From Paraspadella gotoi (taxonomy: Eukaryota > Animalia > Chaetognatha), in NCBI GenBank assembly GCA_051294375.1, contig CM119271.1, positions 5,445,991-5,509,990 on the forward strand: a stretch of 64,000 nt of DNA. Direction: 5' to 3'. The notes beneath the pieces are model-generated. The model saw only the letters and a program-made list of their open reading frames with translations, had not been told where the DNA came from and did not search any database. The position numbers and the translations under genes are program-made. Positions 1 to 13,177 of this stretch are shown here, piece after piece; positions within the stretch are counted from its first letter, which is position 1, and each line of letters starts with the position of its first letter.

Positions 1-44
1 GTATTCACACTTTTAACCTCGCTCCAACTACAAATCCAACTCGC

Positions 45-519
45 CTCTCATTCGTCCAATCCTGGATGCTGTTCTCTCCGTCGAAGCCGCCGATCGAGTC
101 GTCCTCCAACACCTCGTCGACGAGAGAGTAAAGATGACGAGTGTGGGATAACCATTCGCCGAGGATAACTGGGACAAAATTGATTAAATAAATAAATAAA
201 TAAATAAATAAAATTTAAAAAAATAAATAAATACATTTATTACGCAACTGACTTAATAAAGTTAATCATATTAGTTAACAAAAAAAAATATTTATCAATC
301 AATCGTCCAAACGCTCAATCAATCAATCATCAAAGCTACCGTTGGATCGATCGATGTTATGATCGCTCCTCAAGAAAATCCCGATTTTCTTCTTCGGGTA
401 AGTCAAGAGGTCGAGGCAGCCGAGAGAGAAAGGAAGTGAATGCGCTTTGTTCCTCACCAACATCGCAATGAGAACCGAAGGTAAGGCGGAATCCTCCTCG
501 TCGGAGGTCCGTAGAGCCG
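45..519 (-). CDS. COLGALT: Procollagen galactosyltransferase paralog 2, internal exons 519-340 and 168-45 (partial; continues beyond window start)
   Basis: Exons read ...LPSVLIAMLVRNKAHSLPFSLGCLDLLTYPKKKIGIFLRSDHNIDRS and VILGEWLSHTRHLYSLVDEVLEDDSIGGFDGENSIQDWTNER. They are collinear with exons 2-3 of the complete gene at 3172-11225 and have the same intron phases. Confidence 0.85.
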
Positions 520-1287
520 CTGCTTTTTATGAACAGAGGTGGGTGGATNNNNNNNNNNNNNNNNNNNNNNNNNNNNNNNNNNNNNNNNNNNNNNNNNNNN
601 NNNNNNNNNNNNNNNNNNNNNNNNNNNNNNNNNNNNNNNNNNNNNNNNNNNNNNNNNNNNNNNNNNNNNNNNNNNNNNNNNNNNNNNNNNNNNNNNNNNN
701 NNNNTGTAACTAACCTTTGTTATAGACGCACTGAGAAAGTTGTATGAGTGAGATCAAGAGAAAATACCGCGCAAATTTCATTTTTCTGTTAATTTGTTTC
801 GTTTGTTTGTGCTTTAAGTTCAGTTGATTTATATTTTTAAATCCTGTAAAAATAATAGACATATTATTATTCAAAAACGGAATGACGATAATACCAGCGA
901 GAGCGTTAAACAAAAACGCTCTCGATCAATCTACTACAAAATATTAACCAGGAAATAACTCATCGATAGTTTAAACAAAAATATATATATATAAAGACTA
1001 GAAGAATGTTCATCGTTCAATGATGCTGACTACCAAATATCGTCCCATATCATTGGTCTCAATGGCTTTTGCCTTTTGTCTTTTGCCAATTGTCTTTTTA
1101 AAAGTCGATTGCGCCTCGTATTTGCATTGGCGAAAAGGGAGTTTAAACAAAAGAGCATCAATGATCAATGTGAGAGGGGATGATTCGCAGGCAACGCTCA
1201 AGTCTCCTCTTGGTGTTCGCGGAGAAGGAGTTATTGATATTTATTACAGACTTTGATGTTGTTGTCGTTGTTGCTTTNNNNNNNNNN

Positions 1288-1923
1288 AGATTTGAGCAGC
1301 GGAGCCACGACTGTCTCGTTGTAGTTGATCAGGATTCGCAGAACTGGAATTGGGTTGGAAATTGAATAGGCTTAGTTAATAGCTTATGGCGTATGAAAAA
1401 TCATAATTATTAACGATAATAGACAAAGATTTGTAGGGGAGTTAAGGATACTAATAACTAAAGTCCCAGTTCGTTCTGTTCTTTCCCTTTCGTTCATGGA
1501 TTCCGTTTCAAGCTGACATGTCACTCTGCATGTTATTTCAATATATATATTTTCCCAAAATTAAACGATTTTCATAAACTAACTTTAAATCAAATAACGA
1601 AAGAGGATTCTCCGTGATATATGATCTGAATCTCGTTTTGTAAAATGTAAATCTATTTCAACTCTGAACAAACAAAAAACCTATGAGTCTCACTGTACCG
1701 TCTCTGTTCTCCAGCATGACGTCAGCGTCGACGAAGAAGACAAAGTCGAAGGAACTCGAGCGCCCTCGCTCGAGCGCCGCCTCGCGTAGCGCGGAGACGT
1801 GCGCTAATCTGAGGAGAAGCCATGAGGAGGGGAATGAGTTAGAAAATTGGGGAAAAATATTGAACCGATAAATCGTTTCGGTTCGGCAGATAATTTTTAG
1901 CAAGAAATACAAATGCCTTTCTC

Positions 1924-1961
<38 letters not shown>

Positions 1962-2028
1962 AAACTCTCTCTCTCTCTCTTCCTCTCTCATCTCTCTCTC
2001 TCTCTCTATCATCTCTCTCTCTCTCTCT

Positions 2029-2124
<96 letters not shown>

Positions 2125-2616
2125 TCTCTCTCTCTTTCTTAATTGTTAAGCCACGAGTTTAAACCGATACGTTAGACTTTATATCGCTCACAAAATTCTA
2201 TCCCGTATTCACACCTTTTAACCTCGCTCCAAAAAACTACAAATCAACTCGCTTCTCATATCGCTGACCAATCCTGGATCGGCTGTTCTCGCAGGTCCGT
2301 CGAAGCCGCCGATCGACGTCGTCCTCCAACACCTGTCGACGAGAGAGTAAAGATGACGAGTGTGGATAACCATTCGCCGAAGGATAACTGGGACAAAATT
2401 GATTAAATAAAGCTAAATAAATAAATAAATAAATAAAATTTAAAAAAATAATAAATACATTTATTACGCAACTGACTTAATAAAGTTATCATGATTAGTA
2501 ACAATAAAAAAATATTTATCAAATCAATTCGTCCAAACGCTCAACATCCAATCATCCAAAGCTACCGTTGCGATCGATCGATGTTATTGATCGCCTCCTC
2601 AAGAAATCCCGATTTA
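1288..2616 (-). CDS. COLGALT: COLGALT paralog 2, further exons: indel-ridden copies of exons 2-3 (~2616-2250), exon 4 (1808-1699) and part of exon 5 (1343-1288)
   Basis: Exon 4 reads RLAHVSALREAALERGRSSSFDFVFFVDADVMLENRD (DxD motif VDAD); exon 5 reads VLRILINYNETVVAPLLKS, then an N gap. 2205-2616 is a near-copy of 1-390 with many indels. Confidence 0.75.
1919..2137. repeat. (CT)n/(AG)n microsatellite; similar tracts near 7176, 8229, 11788, 12967, 25208, 39508, 41970-42381, 49656, 50975, 55561, 56387
   Basis: Directly visible dinucleotide runs. Confidence 0.95.
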
Positions 2617-3171
2617 CNNNNNNNNNNNNNNNNNNNNNNNNNNNNNNNNNNNNNNNNNNNNNNNNNNNNNNNNNNNNNNNNNNNNNNNNNNNNNNNNNNN
2701 NNNNNNNNNNNNNNNNNNNNNNNNNNNNNNNNNNNNNNNNNNNNNNNNNNNNNNNNNNNNNNNNNNNNNNNNNNNNNNNNNNNNNNNNNNNNNNNNNNNN
2801 NNNNNNNNNNNNNNNNNNNNNNNNNNNNNNNNNNNNNNNNNNNNNNNNNNNNNNNNNNNNNNNNNNNNNNNNNNNNNNNNNNNNNNNNNNNNNNNNNNNN
2901 NNNNNNNNNNNNNNNNNNNNNNNNNNNNNNNNNNNNNNNNNNNNNNNNNNNNNNNNNNNNNNNNNNNNNNNNNNNNNNNNNNNNNNNNNNNNNNNNNNNN
3001 NNNNNNNNNNNNNNNNNNNNNNNNNNNNNNNNNNNNNNNNNNNNNNNNNNNNNNNNNNNNNNNNNNNNNNNNNNNNNNNNNNNNNNNNNNNNNNNNNNNN
3101 NNNNNNNNNNNNNNNNNNNNNNNNNNNNNNNNNNNNNNNNNNNNNNNNNNNNNNNNNNNNNNNTTTTTTTT

Positions 3172-3419
3172 TTAAAGTTCATCCTTAAAAATGGAGTTAT
3201 GTCCGGGTGGCATCGGGATTTTTTGACCCGACGGGATTTTGGAGGAGGGTTTGATTTCTNNNNNNNNNNNNNNNNNNNNNNNNNNNNNNNNNNNNNNNNN
3301 NNNNNNNNNNNNNNNNNNNNNNNNNNNNNNNNNNNNNNNNNNNNNNNNNNNNNNNNNNNNNNNNNNNNNNNNNNNNNNNNNNNNNNNNNNNNNNNNNNNN
3401 NNNNNNNNNNNNNNNNNNN

Positions 3420-3451
<32 letters not shown>

Positions 3452-6400
3452 TTCATAAAAAAGAAATAAATAAGTACAGAAAGTAAGAAAGCATGAAAGA
3501 CTACGTCAACAACTTAAAGGGGAAAACAAAAATGACCAAAACAACCACAAACAAACAAACAAAAACGATTTTTTTTCCTTCTTTCAAAGCTTTCTCACAC
3601 AAGTTTTCNNNNNNNNNNACAAAAAAAAAGGGAGAAGAACAAAGAACGACTCACCTCGCCCATCCCTTACCTTTATCCCCTTTCCTCGCCTCCGTTTTCT
3701 TCTCTTCCTCCACTTCTTTCAAAATCTCCAAAATCTTTCGCTTTTGCGTCGCGAATTTTGGATCCGCGAAGACGTCGCCGCAGACGTCCATACAGGAGGA
3801 GTCGACGACGGGTTTGACGCCGTCGGTCGTCGGCTTCGTGGCGTTGGCGTTGGCGTTGGATTCGGTCATTTCGTTGGCGTTGGCCGGGTGGAGTAGGACG
3901 GAGAGATCGGCCTCGGGAAGGAAGTCTTCCTTTAGATGGAAACTTTGTTCTGTTGTGGAGGAAGAAAAAAAAATAAACGTTTAAGTAATTTCAATTATAT
4001 TACTTATTTTTAACTCATTTCATTTTACAATCCACATTTATGAAAGGTCCAAGATTACTTGTTTTACCAAGGTTATAAGAATTATACAAAAATATAAATA
4101 ATAAAAAAAGCCAGTCATTTTATTTAGACGAGTTAAATGTTCAAATTATTTTAAATGGTTACTTATAATATACGGTAATAACGAACATTTCACCACTTCT
4201 CCCTTTCCTTCCGAAAAAAATAAACCGACCCGTGTCCGAGTTGTACGTCTTGTCCCCTTTAAAGACGGCCGGACGACAGACGCAGGGATCGATAGCCAGC
4301 GCCACGAGATCGCGCGGGTAAGAAGGCTCGTTTCCAAGCGTCGTTCGGGTGCGCGATCCGTACATGATGGGGACAAACTCATCGGTTGGTAAAAGCTTTT
4401 CGAGGGGGCGTTGCTCGATCAACTTACGGGCGCCTGGATTTTAGTTTGGGGGGGGGACATGGCAAGGTTATATGAAACCCGAGAGTTTTGTGGCAAAATT
4501 TTTCTTCGTTTATTTAAGGAAAAGTAAAAATATCTAGGAACAATACTTTAGAAATAATTATCTCAAAGGAGCCTAGTTCCGTTACCTCAATAATGTTCAA
4601 CAATTATTTTTCACTTGCAATAACTTGAAAATAATTAACCGAGAAAAAATTAAATCATCTCGGCCCTTACGGTGTGAGTTAGCGCGTAGCCGATGAGCCA
4701 GTACGAAACGCGGGCCAAACGAGGTGCTCGGCGTTCTCGACGCGCGTCTCCGGCCTTGCGATTCATCAGCTAATCGAATAGAAAACCAAAATCTAAGCAG
4801 AGCGTCGGGCGCGATTCAGGTCGTTCGATCGATCAATCAAATCCCAACGCCTCCCTTACCTTTCTCCCCAAAAATAGAAATTCCCATCTGAGATCGGGAC
4901 GGCGGTCGAGTTCCCTCATCCCCGCCGCCAGGCGAGACTTGAAGTTATCTTCGAATTTGACGTCGTCTTCGAAGATGAGGACTCGTTCGTAGCCGTTCCT
5001 GGCGACGTCCTCCCAGATTCTGGTGGAGGAAGGTTTTGGAGATGGCGTTTTGAAATATGGTCGTTAAGGGTTTATTTAATCATTTGAAGAGACAGTAATT
5101 ATTGATGTGTGTTAATGACGGAACCGTTCAATATAAGCAGTCCCTGAGCTTTGGATCTTGTTACAGGCGGGTTAAGCGCCCCGTCCCTCTTAACTGCTCG
5201 GGGACCACCGGGCCAGAACCCCGGACCTTTGGGTTGGGAGGCACCAATGGCCGCTGATGAACGGTTGGTAGATTTTAGTCCAACATACATTTATAATTCC
5301 AAAAGAATATTAATGAAAGGAGAGAACCTCTCTGGCTTTGAACCAAAAAAAAAAAAACTTCTGTTATATGTTTAGCCAATGACGATGATAAACGATAATG
5401 ACAAAGGAAGACGAGAACGACGACGGACGACGTGCGACGGAGAACAAAGAAGACGAACTTGTAGTGCGAGATGAAGCAACCGACTTCTCCGATGGTCAAG
5501 TCTCTCTTCAAGATTGGATCTTTGTATCCGGGAAATCGTTTGACGCCCATCGAGGCCAGTTGCGCTTTTGTCAGCGATTTTCCATCCACAGCCTCTACGA
5601 TCTGAATTGACGAAGAGAATCGATGATAATGAAGATATATTTACGAAAAGGCAAGAAAAATATTTTCATGATTAATTATTAACGCCTCGACGCCTCGATA
5701 AAAAATTTGTAAAAGTTTAAATATTTCGTAGGTAATTATAATAAAAGTGAGGAGAAAGTAAGTCGCCTCATGGTCCCCTTTTTTCGCAGCTACCTCAATT
5801 TATAGTAATAAAATCAGTTCGAATTGGCCAAGCTGTTATTTCTACGCATCTTTGCAGATGTTGATTAAAAAAAAAACAAATTAAATAATTGAATTAATTG
5901 AATTAATAATACTATTTGCAAAGTAAAGGACTAAAAAACGACTCATATCGTCACTTTCAACTTTAATCATTTGTCCCGTAATTTTAAACGCCCCACATCA
6001 TTGACGGCACCAAACCCCATCACCTCTCCATCGATCCCCAGCAGATCGAAGTAGAAACGAATCCTCAGTTTCCTGTTGATTCTTCGTTCGAGATTTATGA
6101 CGTAAATCTTATCGAAGCCGAGTCGATCCTTTGGCGGGAAAACGGGAGAGAGATAGCGCGAGGTCGGGTAGGGAGGAGAGACGAGAAAACTTTCTTGCAT
6201 CAAGTTGAGGAACTGGTTAAAGTCGTCCTGAGATTTGGAGACGGTGAAATTGAAAAAAAGGAGGTTAAGTTGGATGGATTAACTACGTTAATGTACAATT
6301 CGTACATTATGATTCTCTTTTTTAAATACTTCATCCATTGCGATTACGTATTTAATGTTAACTTCCGCACGATTTCGTACCAATCTCTGCTTAACCATGT

Positions 6401-7171
6401 AAGCGCAATTTACGAACGAGCCTAATTAAGCGGGTACAGTTTCGTGACCGGAATCATATCGTGACCGAAACGAGAATTTAATCTTCCCCCCCCCCTCGGT
6501 CCACTCACATCGATCGACTGCTTGGGGTCCATCGGCCGCGGGAGTTGCCCGAAATCTTCCTCGTTAGTCACCCACATCTTGACTCCGTAGCGTCGAGCGT
6601 TGAAGGCGAAGATGATGATGTCGTCGAAAGGGCCTGAGTAGGGTGTGGGGGGTCGAGGCAGCGGAGGGGTAGGGGTGGTGAAGGCGGTCGAAGGGGAGAG
6701 CGAATTAAGACTTTGAATTAGAACCGTCTCTGGGCTGAAGAAGTACAAACTCAAACATTCCAGAAAAATCTCATGAACAAACCCTTATTTAGAGTACTAT
6801 TGTTAAACGAATAAGATATTATTCCATTCTGCATTACTCAGATAAGGAATCTAATAACTTTAGGGATTAATAAACTAGACTGTCAGAAAGTATTTTTTTT
6901 TATTGAACGCTTCGAAAGCCAGGAGGCAAGATACCTTGATAGTTTTTAATATTAATATAAAAAAAATTTGCACATTTGCACATCTAAACTTATATTTTTT
7001 TTTATTCAATAAATCTGAATAACTTACAGTATAAAGTGAAATAAATGAATTTCATAAAAGTCATAAAAGTTCCTTTAAACTTCCCGGAGAAGAGTTTCGC
7101 TTTTCAGCTTTGATGTCAAAATCCTGATTTTAAGACGAGATCGTCTTTGTGTGACGTCATCGAACCCGAAA

Positions 7172-7260
<89 letters not shown>

Positions 7261-8221
7261 GATTTGATTTGATTTATTATGCTCAAAATGTGAATATTTA
7301 ACACAGTAACAATGTAACAGTTAATGAGCCGTACATATACATGTATGTACACATTTTAAAGAAATGTAAATAAATTAACAAAACAAAAAAATACAAAGTG
7401 GACTAATTATATACATAGTTTTAAATTTCAGAGAGAGAGAGATTAACCCTAATTACGGATAATTACCCCGATCTAACGATACAAAAAAGGGACACCCAAA
7501 AAATGACGACAAAAGCTGGAAAGAGAAAAGTCGCGAAGAAAGATTTGACGTCATCGACTCGTGGGTGGGTAAGTTAAGACTCACCCGAACGAGATCGTCG
7601 ACCTTAGACACTTTAACGACTCTAACAATCGGGTATCGTGGGTAAGTTTGCGCGTGGGATTATCGACCGCCAACTTACTCCATCTGTTTCTTTTCGGGAA
7701 CATTCGTCAATTAAAATTTTTTTGGGAGGCCGTCTTAATTACAGAGAATACGAAAAAAAAAAGCGGGGGTTTAAAGAAATTATAGACCTCACCTTTTTTC
7801 AGTAGATAAGGCAGATAATTGGTTCGTAAATGTCAACGACCGTAAAAGCGAAAGTCTCATTCGTTGTTAAGTTTCTTGTAAATGATTTAAAGTCTCCCAC
7901 CAAAGTCTTAACTTTCCTCCTTGCCTTACCTTGGTAAGCCGAGATGGGTTTGTAGGAGAGATAAACGCTCTCTCTCTTCCTGAGATCGATCAGCAGCGTC
8001 GAATGCACTAGAGGAACAGAAAAGATGCCGACTTTCTTTCGCCAACGGATCTCTCTATACTCGTCGCAGGATCTGTTAATTTAATCAAAGTTTAAAGTTA
8101 AATTAAACAAAATGAAATGTTAAATTAAAAAAGTTTAATGTTAAATTAAACAAAATTTAATGTTAAATTAAACAGAGTAATAGTAAAAATAGTAAGAATA
8201 GTAAGTAAAAATAGTAGAAAT

Positions 8222-8288
<67 letters not shown>

Positions 8289-11225
8289 GAACGGTGGTAA
8301 GTCGCCTTAACATGAATTATTCCGGAAATGAAAGTGGGAACTGAATTGAGAGGAAAAAAAGCTAAGAAAATAAAATGATGGAAAAAACAAGGAACGGCAA
8401 TTCAAAAGTGTTCAGTTTCATTTTACATTATCATATTATTTTATATTATTATAAATAAACACACGACGATACAAACAACAAACGATAGAGTGCTACTTAA
8501 ATAGACGATGGACGACAGACCGATTTATAAAAAGGCGACTTATCGAGGCGCTTCGCGCATAGAGGCGGCGTAAATTGAAAAAAGAAAATTCGAAGAATAC
8601 TAACTTGTAGTAAAAATTCTCGGAAATGTCCGCCCAAAAGTTGGAGTAGGCGTCGGAAGACTCGAGCATCGGGGACACAACCGTTTTTCCGGATCGTATG
8701 AGGTGGTTCAGCACTGAAAATGGAAACAAGAACGGTAATTCAAATGTGTTGCGCCGCAGTGACTTTTGATCACATGATATGACATGACATGACATAACTA
8801 AAAAACTTTTTTTGCCCGTGTATTTATGACATGCACTGCATAAAAAGTATTTTATTCCTTATAGTTTTAGGATTTCCTAAAGGCGGCGCTAGCAGTCCCT
8901 TAGATTTGAGGTTTTTTTCTGTCTTAACAAAAGAGCAACCAACTATGGGCAAATTACATGCATTTTCAACGTAAGTTGGACCGACCGACGGACATACATC
9001 CCGACCGACCGACCGAAAAGTGACTTATAGAGTTGCTCCGCAACTAAAAAAATCGAAAGGCGATCAATGTAAAAGATGCCAATTGCGTTGCAAGACCCAG
9101 CGATCCGTCCTTGCAAATTTGCAATGCTTACCATTCTCGTTGATGAGTAGATTGTCGCAATCCACGAAGAAGAGAAAGTTTATGTTGAGTTCGCGCGCGT
9201 TCTCCAACGCCTTCTCTTTCAAATTTATCACTTGATCGAATCTGTTCAAGTTTATGTTTATCAAATAACAAATAAAACCAATATATATATATATGGACAT
9301 ATATGTTCCTGGCCTCCTGACTATGTGGGGGTTTCGGCCCCACATCTGTCTCACATCATACGTTTATATGTTCGCATTTTGTCTTCCAGCAATTTTTTTT
9401 CTTTGATATCTTATTCTTAAAAGTAAGTTAAACCGACTCGCCTGGATCTTGGCCAGTCCTGCGGCCCCTGCTGTCCGCGGTAGGCGGTGCTGCTGCCGTC
9501 GAGTATCACGTCGACGCGGTCGTAGTAATGCTTCACCTTCTCCACCCATTCCTTCATCAGGTCTGAGGGTGGAGGAAGAGATAGTGGAGAGTGAATGAGT
9601 GAATGAATGAATGAATGAATTATTGAATGGATGAATGAATAGATGAATGATTGAATGAATGAATAGATGAATGGATTATTGAATAGATGAATGAATTATT
9701 GAATAAATGAATGAAAGAATTAATGATCAATGAATAAATATTGAATAAATGAATAAATTATTGAAAGAAAGAATGAATAGATGAATAGATTATAGAATAG
9801 ATGAATGAATTCTTGAATAAATTAATGGATGAATAAAAATTGAATAAATAAATAAACTATCGAAAGAATGAATGATTGAATTAATTAATTAATGAATAGA
9901 GGAATGAATGGAAGAATGAATGAAATAATTGATTTACTTATAAATAAATTTAGGATAAAAAGATGAATAGTTGAAGAAGAGAAAGACGGAAATAGGGAAT
10001 AAATGAATAAATGAATGTATTAATTAATTATGGAAGCATCGATCTTTCCTCTACAGAATTAAAGACAGAAATCGGGAATGAATCAATTAAATAATGTATT
10101 AATATGACAATATATAAATTAATGAAATGATAAAATAGTCCATCAATAAATTGGCAAATGAATAAATTGCTTTTTTTAATAGTTAGAGTTTATTATACTA
10201 AGAAAGATAGGTTTGTTCACTATAACAATTACGTGTATATATATATATATATACATACACACAAAATTACCCGTAGAATTGTCAATGCTGTGGTCGCCCC
10301 GGATGTACAGACTGATCCTCTGCCTGGGGTAGTTGAGCCGATCCAATAGACCCAAAAAGAAGGGGAGGTAGTGAGCCTTGTTTCTCAACAGGATGGTCAG
10401 CTGGACTGTCGGGTGATCGTCGGCTATAGGGAAATTCCAATTCACTGGAAAAGCGAAGTTATAACTTAAGTTATACGAATATCATGTCAAATCAAAAGAA
10501 AAGTATTGATTTACTTGCGAACAATCCTTCCAAACGTTAAACTTCTTTGTTATTTCGAATAAAACATATCTGAATTTTATCTGAATCCTATATGAATCTT
10601 ATCTGAATCTTTATCCGAATCTATATCTACATTATATTATAACAAGGGGAAAAGAATTAACTCTTTTTTTAATAAAACTAGGAAATACAAACTTCCTCTA
10701 ACTAAATTCCCCCCCCCCCAAGTTTTCGGCACAGATATTTTTTTGGCACAGTGACTCTCAAACTCGACGAACGACTTTTACGTCGGCGAAAACCCACTTT
10801 TTTTCATCGGTTACTTCCTCTCTCAACGATATAAAAATTACTGAGAAAATGAGCGGGTAAAGATGGAAATTATTATTATTATCAGGTTTTATAATACGAT
10901 AAACGTACGCGTTATGATTTTTTTTCCCATTTATACGCTTTGCTCCTTTACGACGACGACGAGGATAATTATGAGGGCGCTCAGACTTAGCTCCAAGTTA
11001 TTTCTCAACGACCATCCACTGACCTGACCTTACCGGCCGCAGCTCAACTTACCCTTTCACAACTCTCTCAATCTCACCGTCGGGTTCGACGTCGTCGTTG
11101 TCTATCTGGAGGACGAACTTTTCTTCGGCTCCATCGACGCCGGTCGACGCCAAGAGGAGCAACTGGAGCGACGCCAATAGGAGCAGCCGGAGCGACGCAA
11201 AGAGGAGAGAGTTCGTCAACTTCAT
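3172..11225 (-). CDS. COLGALT: Procollagen galactosyltransferase (GT25 family, COLGALT1/2-like), 14 coding exons, signal peptide and C-terminal KDEL
   Basis: Exons 11225-11078, 10423-10271, 9562-9442, 9241-9132, 8713-8605, 8072-7930, 6633-6509, 6227-6024, 5601-5459, 5019-4860, 4769-4671, 4433-4230, 3949-3671, 3257-3172. Motifs: MKLTNSLLFASLRLLLL signal, RNKAHYLP, FVDCDNLL, YSNFW, VHSTLLIDLR, DDIIIFA, FDKIYVINLERR, GEVGCFISHY, LIFEDD, SYWLIGYAL, SDTE, ...IFKDEL*. Exons 11-12 carry small indels consistent with sequencing error. Confidence 0.93.
5095..5282 (-). mobile_element. tRNA-derived SINE-like repeat, copy inside a COLGALT intron
   Basis: Reverse complement matches 44491-44705 (ggactaaaatc...gcggccattggtgc...gcgcttaacccgcctgt...cttatattg). 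Confidence 0.65.
8722..9050 (-). mobile_element. Dispersed ~300-bp non-autonomous repeat family (other copies 40478-40775 + and 53085-53478 +)
   Basis: Shared blocks gagcaactctataagtcacttttcggtcgg, aacctcaaatctaa, agtcactgcggcgcaacac and ccgttcttgttt across three loci; gctagcgccgcc and atgtcatgtcatatcatg in two. Confidence 0.75.
9590..9925. repeat. Degenerate (GAAT)n satellite in a COLGALT intron; perfect (TGAA)n also at 52506-52580
   Basis: Visible tetranucleotide runs. Confidence 0.9.
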
Positions 11226-11784
11226 GTTTAGATGGAGTCGGATGTCGAGAGAAAACGGGGGCGTGCCCAGCGGGGGGGGGGCGGGGGAACTAAACGAATT
11301 GGAATGTTCAAGAAGAAAGACGAAGTTGAGCGCAGAAATAAAAAAAAAACCGTTGCGATTCAATCCCGAGTCGAATTTAATCGAATATGCGTATAATTTA
11401 AGTTATGTTTTACTTAATTCGTTTCTTTATTTACGGAGAAAAATCGATATTTTTTTTTCTCCCATTTCGGTTGCCAAAACTAAGAATAACTAATTTCAGC
11501 TTCCTTGGACGGGAAAGGAATTCTCGTTATACTCGGCTTGCCTTACTTTTCCTTAGCTTTCCTTACCTCAAAACCTGTTATCGCGTGTTTCGAGAAGAGA
11601 AAAAGCGAGTTTTCTGATCGACGCAGCGGCGGCAGCTCGACGCCGCGGCAGCTGCCGGTCGTCCCGAACCCGGTCGTTGCGCGAAAAGTCCGCGCGGGAG
11701 AAGTCCGGAGTCCGGTCGACGTCGACTCGGGTGCGTTGCCCTGGAAATTTCGAAAGCCGAATAACCAGGATTTTCAGACGTCAA

Positions 11785-11865
<81 letters not shown>

Positions 11866-11976
11866 TACGTGAGAAATAAGATGACATAAATCCGAGAATT
11901 CAATGATAAAAAAGAGAAAACAATAGTGAATCAAAATATTAAACATAAAAAAAAAACAAAAAAACATAAAAACAAA

Positions 11977-12113
11977 GAGACTGTGAGAGAGTCTTGATTG
12001 AAAGCTTGCAGGGACCTGCTATGTCATTAGCTTGTAAGAGTGATGGAGGCCTTAAACCACCAAAGCATGTCCAATTGTCCATTGTCCAAAGTCAGGGGCA
12101 AGATAGCTTATTT
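11977..12113 (-). mobile_element. Dispersed repeat fragment, inverted copy of 39170-39292
   Basis: gagactgtgagagagtcttgattgaaagcttgcagggacctgctatgtcatt...gtcaggggcaagatagcttattt is the reverse complement of 39170-39292. Strand assignment is arbitrary. Confidence 0.8.
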
Positions 12114-12964
12114 ATACGAATGGATAATTTTTATATTGGTTGCACCAATTTTCTAATTTTTTTTTAATAATTCAAGTGAAATATATTAGACACGTTGGGA
12201 GTCCCTGTAAGATTATCAGGCCTAGCCCCTGATTTGGTCTATTATTAAGTTGAGATGCGAAATGCTAAACTTGTTACGTAACAAAAAGTTAAACCAATTT
12301 TTAGCGCCCCGTTTGTCTTATACGTCACTTTCGCCGTATAATGAAAAAGCGAAACTGTAACAGTTAATCAAAAAAAGACCAAAAAAATATCAAATAAGTA
12401 AAAGTAATTTACGAAAGATACACGTAATCGGCAATTGCAACATGTTCACCCCGCTGGCTAATTGCGCAATACCATCAGGTAGTCGGGATCGATCCCACAT
12501 CGTACCTACCCTGCGGGGTAGAGTTCGGGCGTAAGCCGCGCATGGAAAATCCTCAATCCTGGTTCAAAGCCTATGACCCGTTCCGTTAGTATTGGGGGGG
12601 GGGCGCACAGAAGATACTGATAGTAGTCTTCATCCCACTTGGCGCCTTATCCACGTACGAACTTTATCGATACTCCTCAGTCTGCAATCATGAATCGATG
12701 CGATTGAAACAAAAGACTGTCGTTGAGACGTGGCTTTGGAAGATTTGACCTCCTCGGGAGATTTAATTTGAAGGGGAAAAAAAAATTATTAATGGTTATA
12801 CAAGGTTATAATGTAAAGTTCATTTAATCTGTTACCTCTGTATTATTTCTCCTCTCACATTTCATTTCCTTTCCCTCCTGTAACTCTCTCTCTGAGCTAA
12901 AAACTTTAAATATCTTCACCCTCTTATTGCAATTTTTTCCCTGAATCCTTTGTTGGAAGCTTTA

Positions 12965-13046
<82 letters not shown>

Positions 13047-13135
13047 ACTGTCTCTCTCTCTTTCTCTCTCCCTCTCCTTCTCCATCTCTATAATAACTTA
13101 CCAAACTTTTGTCATTCACAAATGTAAAAAAAATT

Positions 13136-13177
13136 TGCACTGAAGAAGAACAGAATAATGTTCGAAACATGTCTGCA
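13136..13177 (+). ncRNA. Minimal type I hammerhead ribozyme of Penelope-like-element (pLTR) type
   Basis: TGCA-CTGAAGA-A-GAACA-gaataa-TGTTC-GAAAC-AT-GTC-TGCA: stem I TGCA/TGCA, core CUGAAGA, stem II GAACA/UGUUC, GAAA, palindromic ACAUGU stem III, GUC cleavage triplet at 13171-13173, and AATAAA just downstream. Confidence 0.75.

Noticed and set aside
2205-2616. Third COLGALT paralog or exon shuffling
   Set aside because: Indel-rich near-copy of 1-390 between gaps; best explained as an assembly artefact.
4230-4769. COLGALT pseudogenisation by frameshifts (also collagen A exons 1, 6 and 7, and F-box exon 1)
   Set aside because: Several indels are locally compensating, cluster in low-quality stretches and differ between duplicate copies, pointing to sequencing error. 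Reads would be needed to exclude true lesions.
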